DNA of 64,000 nucleotides. It comes from an uncultured Acidobacteriota bacterium. Its GTDB lineage: Bacteria > Acidobacteriota > UBA6911. The notes under the pieces are model-generated. The model had not been told where the DNA came from. It did no database searches and saw only the letters and a list, made by a program, of their open reading frames with translations. The stretch covers positions 64,001 to 128,000 of the forward strand of contig CAWEJX010000020.1 of NCBI GenBank assembly GCA_963809485.1. The letters are read 5' to 3'. This document shows, piece by piece, positions 60,816-64,000 of this stretch (positions within the stretch are counted from its first letter, which is position 1; every line of letters starts with the position of its first letter). The translations under genes and the position numbers were made by a program.

Positions 60816-60841
60816 CAACATTAATTCCTGAGGAGGGCGAT

Positions 60842-61327
60842 ATGGCGATTGCAGGAGCCGCAGGACCTCTGATGAACAGGGGCCTAGCCGCAGCATTTGC
60901 GATAATTGTGGTTCGTATCGGGCTGGAGTTGCTGGGGGCACCCGAATCGGTCAACAACATCTTCGGAGTCGCCTGGCTGTACTTCATCATGCCGGTCCTA
61001 TTCGCCCGGCGCATTGCAGCCCGCGCCGACGAACACCCGTTCCGGGCGCTATTCCAGAGTGTGTTTCTTTTCGCGCTCTACACACGCCTGATGGTTCTCT
61101 GCACGTATATGCTGGCCTATCTATTCCAGTGGCAGGCGCCGAGATTCAGCGCGCGAATGGGCGGCAATGTCGGCGGCAACACCGGACCCTTCATGGGGCT
61201 GGTGGTGATCCCCGTCCGGAATGCCGCTATGTGGATTTTATTTGCTACGGTGGCCGGCTTGATAATCGGCGGGATCACGTTGTGGCTGAAGAAGAGGCCC
61301 GCCGACGCCCAATCGCCGAAAGCATAA
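60842..61327 (+). CDS. Hypothetical membrane protein (about 4 TM)
   Basis: RBS GAGGAGG; hydrophobic segments; lies between repeat copies 2 and 3. Confidence 0.75.
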   Translation: MAIAGAAGPLMNRGLAAAFAIIVVRIGLELLGAPESVNNIFGVAWLYFIMPVLFARRIAARADEHPFRALFQSVFLFALYTRLMVLCTYMLAYLFQWQAPRFSARMGGNVGGNTGPFMGLVVIPVRNAAMWILFATVAGLIIGGITLWLKKRPADAQSPKA

Positions 61328-61337
61328 GCCTGGAGAT

Positions 61338-61592
61338 GTCAGGTACCTCCGGCAAAGCCGGAGGCTTGAAAGATTGGAACCGCTCAAAGCGGTTGGTCGA
61401 GTTACACCGGTCTTGAACGCCGACTTACGCGGGCAAAAGCCAATGAGGCGCCTCATCGGCTTTTGCTCGCCGACCCTCGCCGAACAAATCGACGTTTGTC
61501 AGCGCTTTTATCAGCGTTTCTCAGCGTTTCAAAATACGGAGCTGTCAGACTCTTTGAGTCCCCCTGCAGAGCCGGGGGGTTACCAATGTAAT
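61338..61592 (-). mobile_element. Non-autonomous IS200/IS605-type element, copy 3
   Basis: Same termini; internal hairpin collapsed to GCAAAAGCCAATGAGG-CG-CCTCATCGGCTTTTGC. Confidence 0.75.
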
Positions 61593-61702
61593 TATTGTAA
61601 GTCAGGATGGGTATGGAAACCCGTCCGATCGGGCTTTCATCAATTATCCGACAGCGGATGGCTCGGGAGAGCCCGTCCTCGCCAAAACGCCGCACAGCCG
61701 CT

Positions 61703-62446
61703 TTATTCCGTGATCGGGAAATCTTCTTCCACTACCGTGGCATAATTTTTGAATCCCCTGGCTATGAGAATGTCCATGTTCTTGAGCCTCATGCCGGTCT
61801 GGTTGATGCGTTCGTAGATTGCGCAGACGCCCTCGATGTCGTATCCCTCGAGGTTGATCATCGGAATGGAGTAGTTGGAAAACGCGTATTTCAGCTGCTC
61901 CAGATTCTTGTGGACGGCCGGGGTGTAGCCCCGCGCAGCGGTCAGCGGCCGGCAGTAATCGCCCGGCAGATCCGGAACATCTTTCAAACGGATCAGGAAA
62001 TCCGCGTTGGCATTCCACTTATGCCTGTAATAGTCCTTTTCAAAGAAAAAGACGGCCCGGGTTAAGTCGAAGTAGAGGGTGTAATCAAAGGAAAACTGTT
62101 CCTTGACCTGGCCTGCCCCGCCATAAAAAGACGCCAGGAGAGATGTCGCGCGCTGCTGCCCGTCGAGAATGTATGTCTGGATTTTGCGGTCCTTGCCGCC
62201 ATTCTCAGGTATATAAAAACCACCCAGTTTCCGGTGAACATACAGGCGGGTTCGCGTCTTCCAGCAGAGAATGCTGCCGATTGGATAGCACTGGTAAATG
62301 CTGTCCCAGAGACCGATGATATTTTCAGGGGTCCAGACAAATATGCGCTGAAATGTCGGGATCAAAAATTCTCCCGCGGCAAGCTGCCAGATGAATTCCG
62401 CAATATTCTGGCTATGAGTGCTGATTTTTCGACCGCGATAATCCAA
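61703..62446 (-). CDS. DUF262 (GmrS/ParB-like) domain protein
   Basis: IPTFQRIFVW, DSIYQCYPIGSIL, ILDGQQRATSL, YERINQTG. Confidence 0.85.
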   Translation of the reverse strand: MDYRGRKISTHSQNIAEFIWQLAAGEFLIPTFQRIFVWTPENIIGLWDSIYQCYPIGSILCWKTRTRLYVHRKLGGFYIPENGGKDRKIQTYILDGQQRATSLLASFYGGAGQVKEQFSFDYTLYFDLTRAVFFFEKDYYRHKWNANADFLIRLKDVPDLPGDYCRPLTAARGYTPAVHKNLEQLKYAFSNYSIPMINLEGYDIEGVCAIYERINQTGMRLKNMDILIARGFKNYATVVEEDFPITE

Positions 62447-62602
62447 AGCCTTCCTCCATTAAAGAACTTTAATTCTATCCGGCTCATGGATGAGAGGGCA
62501 AGGCCTGAATTCAGGCGCTCGCCCGGAAACCGATAACGATAGTTGCCATGCCCGCCGAAGGAAAAAGCTTTCCCGGGTACTGTATTTTATTCAGGGAGGC
62601 AG

Positions 62603-63427
62603 TCAGGGTTTGGATTTCTGCAGGGCGTGCCAGGTTTCCCGCTCCAGGAAACTATTCGCGACATTGCGCTCCATTTCCTGATAGAGGGGCCATGGCGCCG
62701 TAAACGAGAGCAGGTTTTCGCCAAGAGTAGCGCGAACGTTTTTGCGCGCCGAAATATCAATCATGCCAACCAGTCCGCGCGGGTGCTCCCGCTCGAGTTC
62801 GCGGTAGGCAAGAATGCCAAAAACCTGGCAACCGGCCCCCCAGGGAATGATCACGTTTTCCAGTTCCGGCCTTTCATGATGGGCGAGGGTTACAAGCGCC
62901 GAGAGGCTATCCGGGTCTACGAAAAAGGTGACGCTTTTGACATCGTTCTGCTCCGGATCTATTTGATCCAGCGGCCGGACGATTACGTATTTGGATGGGA
63001 TCTCACGAATGGGCAGATTTTCGACGAAGCGCCGTGCATCTTCAGGATTTTTGACATAGCGCTCTCCGAGGAGAAAGTCATCCGCCATGCGTCCAAAGCC
63101 CGAAGACTTCAATTGCTCACCTATCGGACGCCCTTGATCCGATGATTCATTGCCGGAGGAGAGGAATCGGCAAAAGCATTCCACGCTGCCGGGAAAGCTC
63201 TCATACTGATTGCCGAATCCCAGGCCAACTCCTCCGCCCCAGCAGCCATAGGTTTGACGGTCGAAGGCGCCCGCAATCCCTCGCGTTGCGGCTGCCGCAA
63301 AAAGGCTCACGACGCAGCCCCAATGCTGCGGCTTGAAGTGGACGGCGTTATCCGGCTCTTTATCTGCCCAAACCAGGGCAACCGGTTGTGTCCCGAGTTT
63401 AATCGATTCGGCCATCATGCTTTTCAT
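62603..63427 (-). CDS. DUF169 family protein
   Basis: PVALV, GCWGGGVGLGFG, GERYVK, PDSLSALV, GAGC, DISAR; start at MKSM with RBS GGAGG. Confidence 0.78.
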   Translation of the reverse strand: MKSMMAESIKLGTQPVALVWADKEPDNAVHFKPQHWGCVVSLFAAAATRGIAGAFDRQTYGCWGGGVGLGFGNQYESFPGSVECFCRFLSSGNESSDQGRPIGEQLKSSGFGRMADDFLLGERYVKNPEDARRFVENLPIREIPSKYVIVRPLDQIDPEQNDVKSVTFFVDPDSLSALVTLAHHERPELENVIIPWGAGCQVFGILAYRELEREHPRGLVGMIDISARKNVRATLGENLLSFTAPWPLYQEMERNVANSFLERETWHALQKSKP

Positions 63428-63789
63428 GGTATCCCTCCAATGGTTTTCCCGGCCATCTGGATTTTGGCAGCAGTTCAATAGGAAACATCATACCAGTCGC
63501 GGGTTGCGGGCCGCAACTGGTGGTTACAGGCTGCAGGCTGAAATAATCGGCATAAATGCATAGAAACCCGGTGAAATGGACGATGTATAAAGAGATTCGG
63601 TCTCTCCAAATGGAAAGGCTGATCCACTGTTTTGGGACCTGAGGCTGGCCGTCGGAGACTCCGATGCATTGTCCGAAATGCGGATTCCAGCAGGAGGACG
63701 GCCCCGAGTGTTTGCGCTGCGGGGTTGTCTTTGCTCGCCTTCATACGGCGGCAGTTTTGTCGTCCGCGAACGCCCCAAGGTCTGAAAGA

Positions 63790-64000
63790 ATGCCGGATCA
63801 ATCAAAATCAGGACCTTTTCGCCGCATCTATCGCGTGTTTCGATGGGTCAGCCTGGCAGTGCTTATACTCATTTTTGTACTGATTCTTCGCACTTCACCG
63901 GCCCCCCGGATTGAAGTGACGCCGGATGCCGTTAAGCAGGCCGAAGCAAAGGTCCGGAAACTGCAAACCTCTGCCCGGCAGGGCGAAGAAGCGAGAGTTG
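63790..64000 (+). CDS. Hypothetical membrane-anchored protein, truncated by the window end
   Basis: Open frame MPDQSKSGPFRRIYRVFRWVSLAVLILIFVLILRTSPAPRIEVTPDAVKQAEAKVRKL... running to the edge. Confidence 0.65.
   Translation, partial: MPDQSKSGPFRRIYRVFRWVSLAVLILIFVLILRTSPAPRIEVTPDAVKQAEAKVRKLQTSARQGEEARV

Noticed and set aside
1-64000. tRNA or rRNA genes
   Set aside because: None recognised by eye in the intergenic regions; a covariance-model scan was not possible.

Overview
A gene-dense bacterial window of moderately high GC, probably from an anaerobic diderm; an Acidobacteriota-like origin is an impression from gene content only. From left to right: (1) a minus-strand biosynthetic-looking operon running off the left edge (Glu/Leu/Phe/Val dehydrogenase, nitroreductase, PLP fold-II enzyme, DRE-TIM synthase, B12 radical SAM, SPASM radical SAM, methyltransferase); (2) a two-component system ending in a receiver-formate/nitrite channel fusion; (3) housekeeping genes (glgC, DUF1846, lepB, CCA enzyme, rlmI-like); (4) the most striking region, 21.5-37 kb; (5) HU, NfuA, GH20, aspA (frameshifted), fhs, folD; (6) an AmmeMemoRadiSam operon whose proteins carry export signals; (7) a ceramide/sphingolipid-type gene set; (8) three copies of a non-autonomous IS200/IS605-type element. 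The 21.5-37 kb region holds an RRE-M50 peptidase-HlyD fusion, two micro-ORFs missing from the ORF track (MASGILWL and MQTEIEILETRENPSVLWM, with related C-terminal pentapeptides and strong RBSs behind a sigma54-like promoter), a membrane HD-GYP/GAF/degenerate-GGDEF gene, a 1794-aa pseudokinase-NTPase-TPR-GAF-sigma54 activator and an Opp/Dpp-type importer. I interpret it as a candidate export-process-reimport peptide signalling (quorum-sensing-like) system. All calls are from reading motifs by eye; no searches were run.
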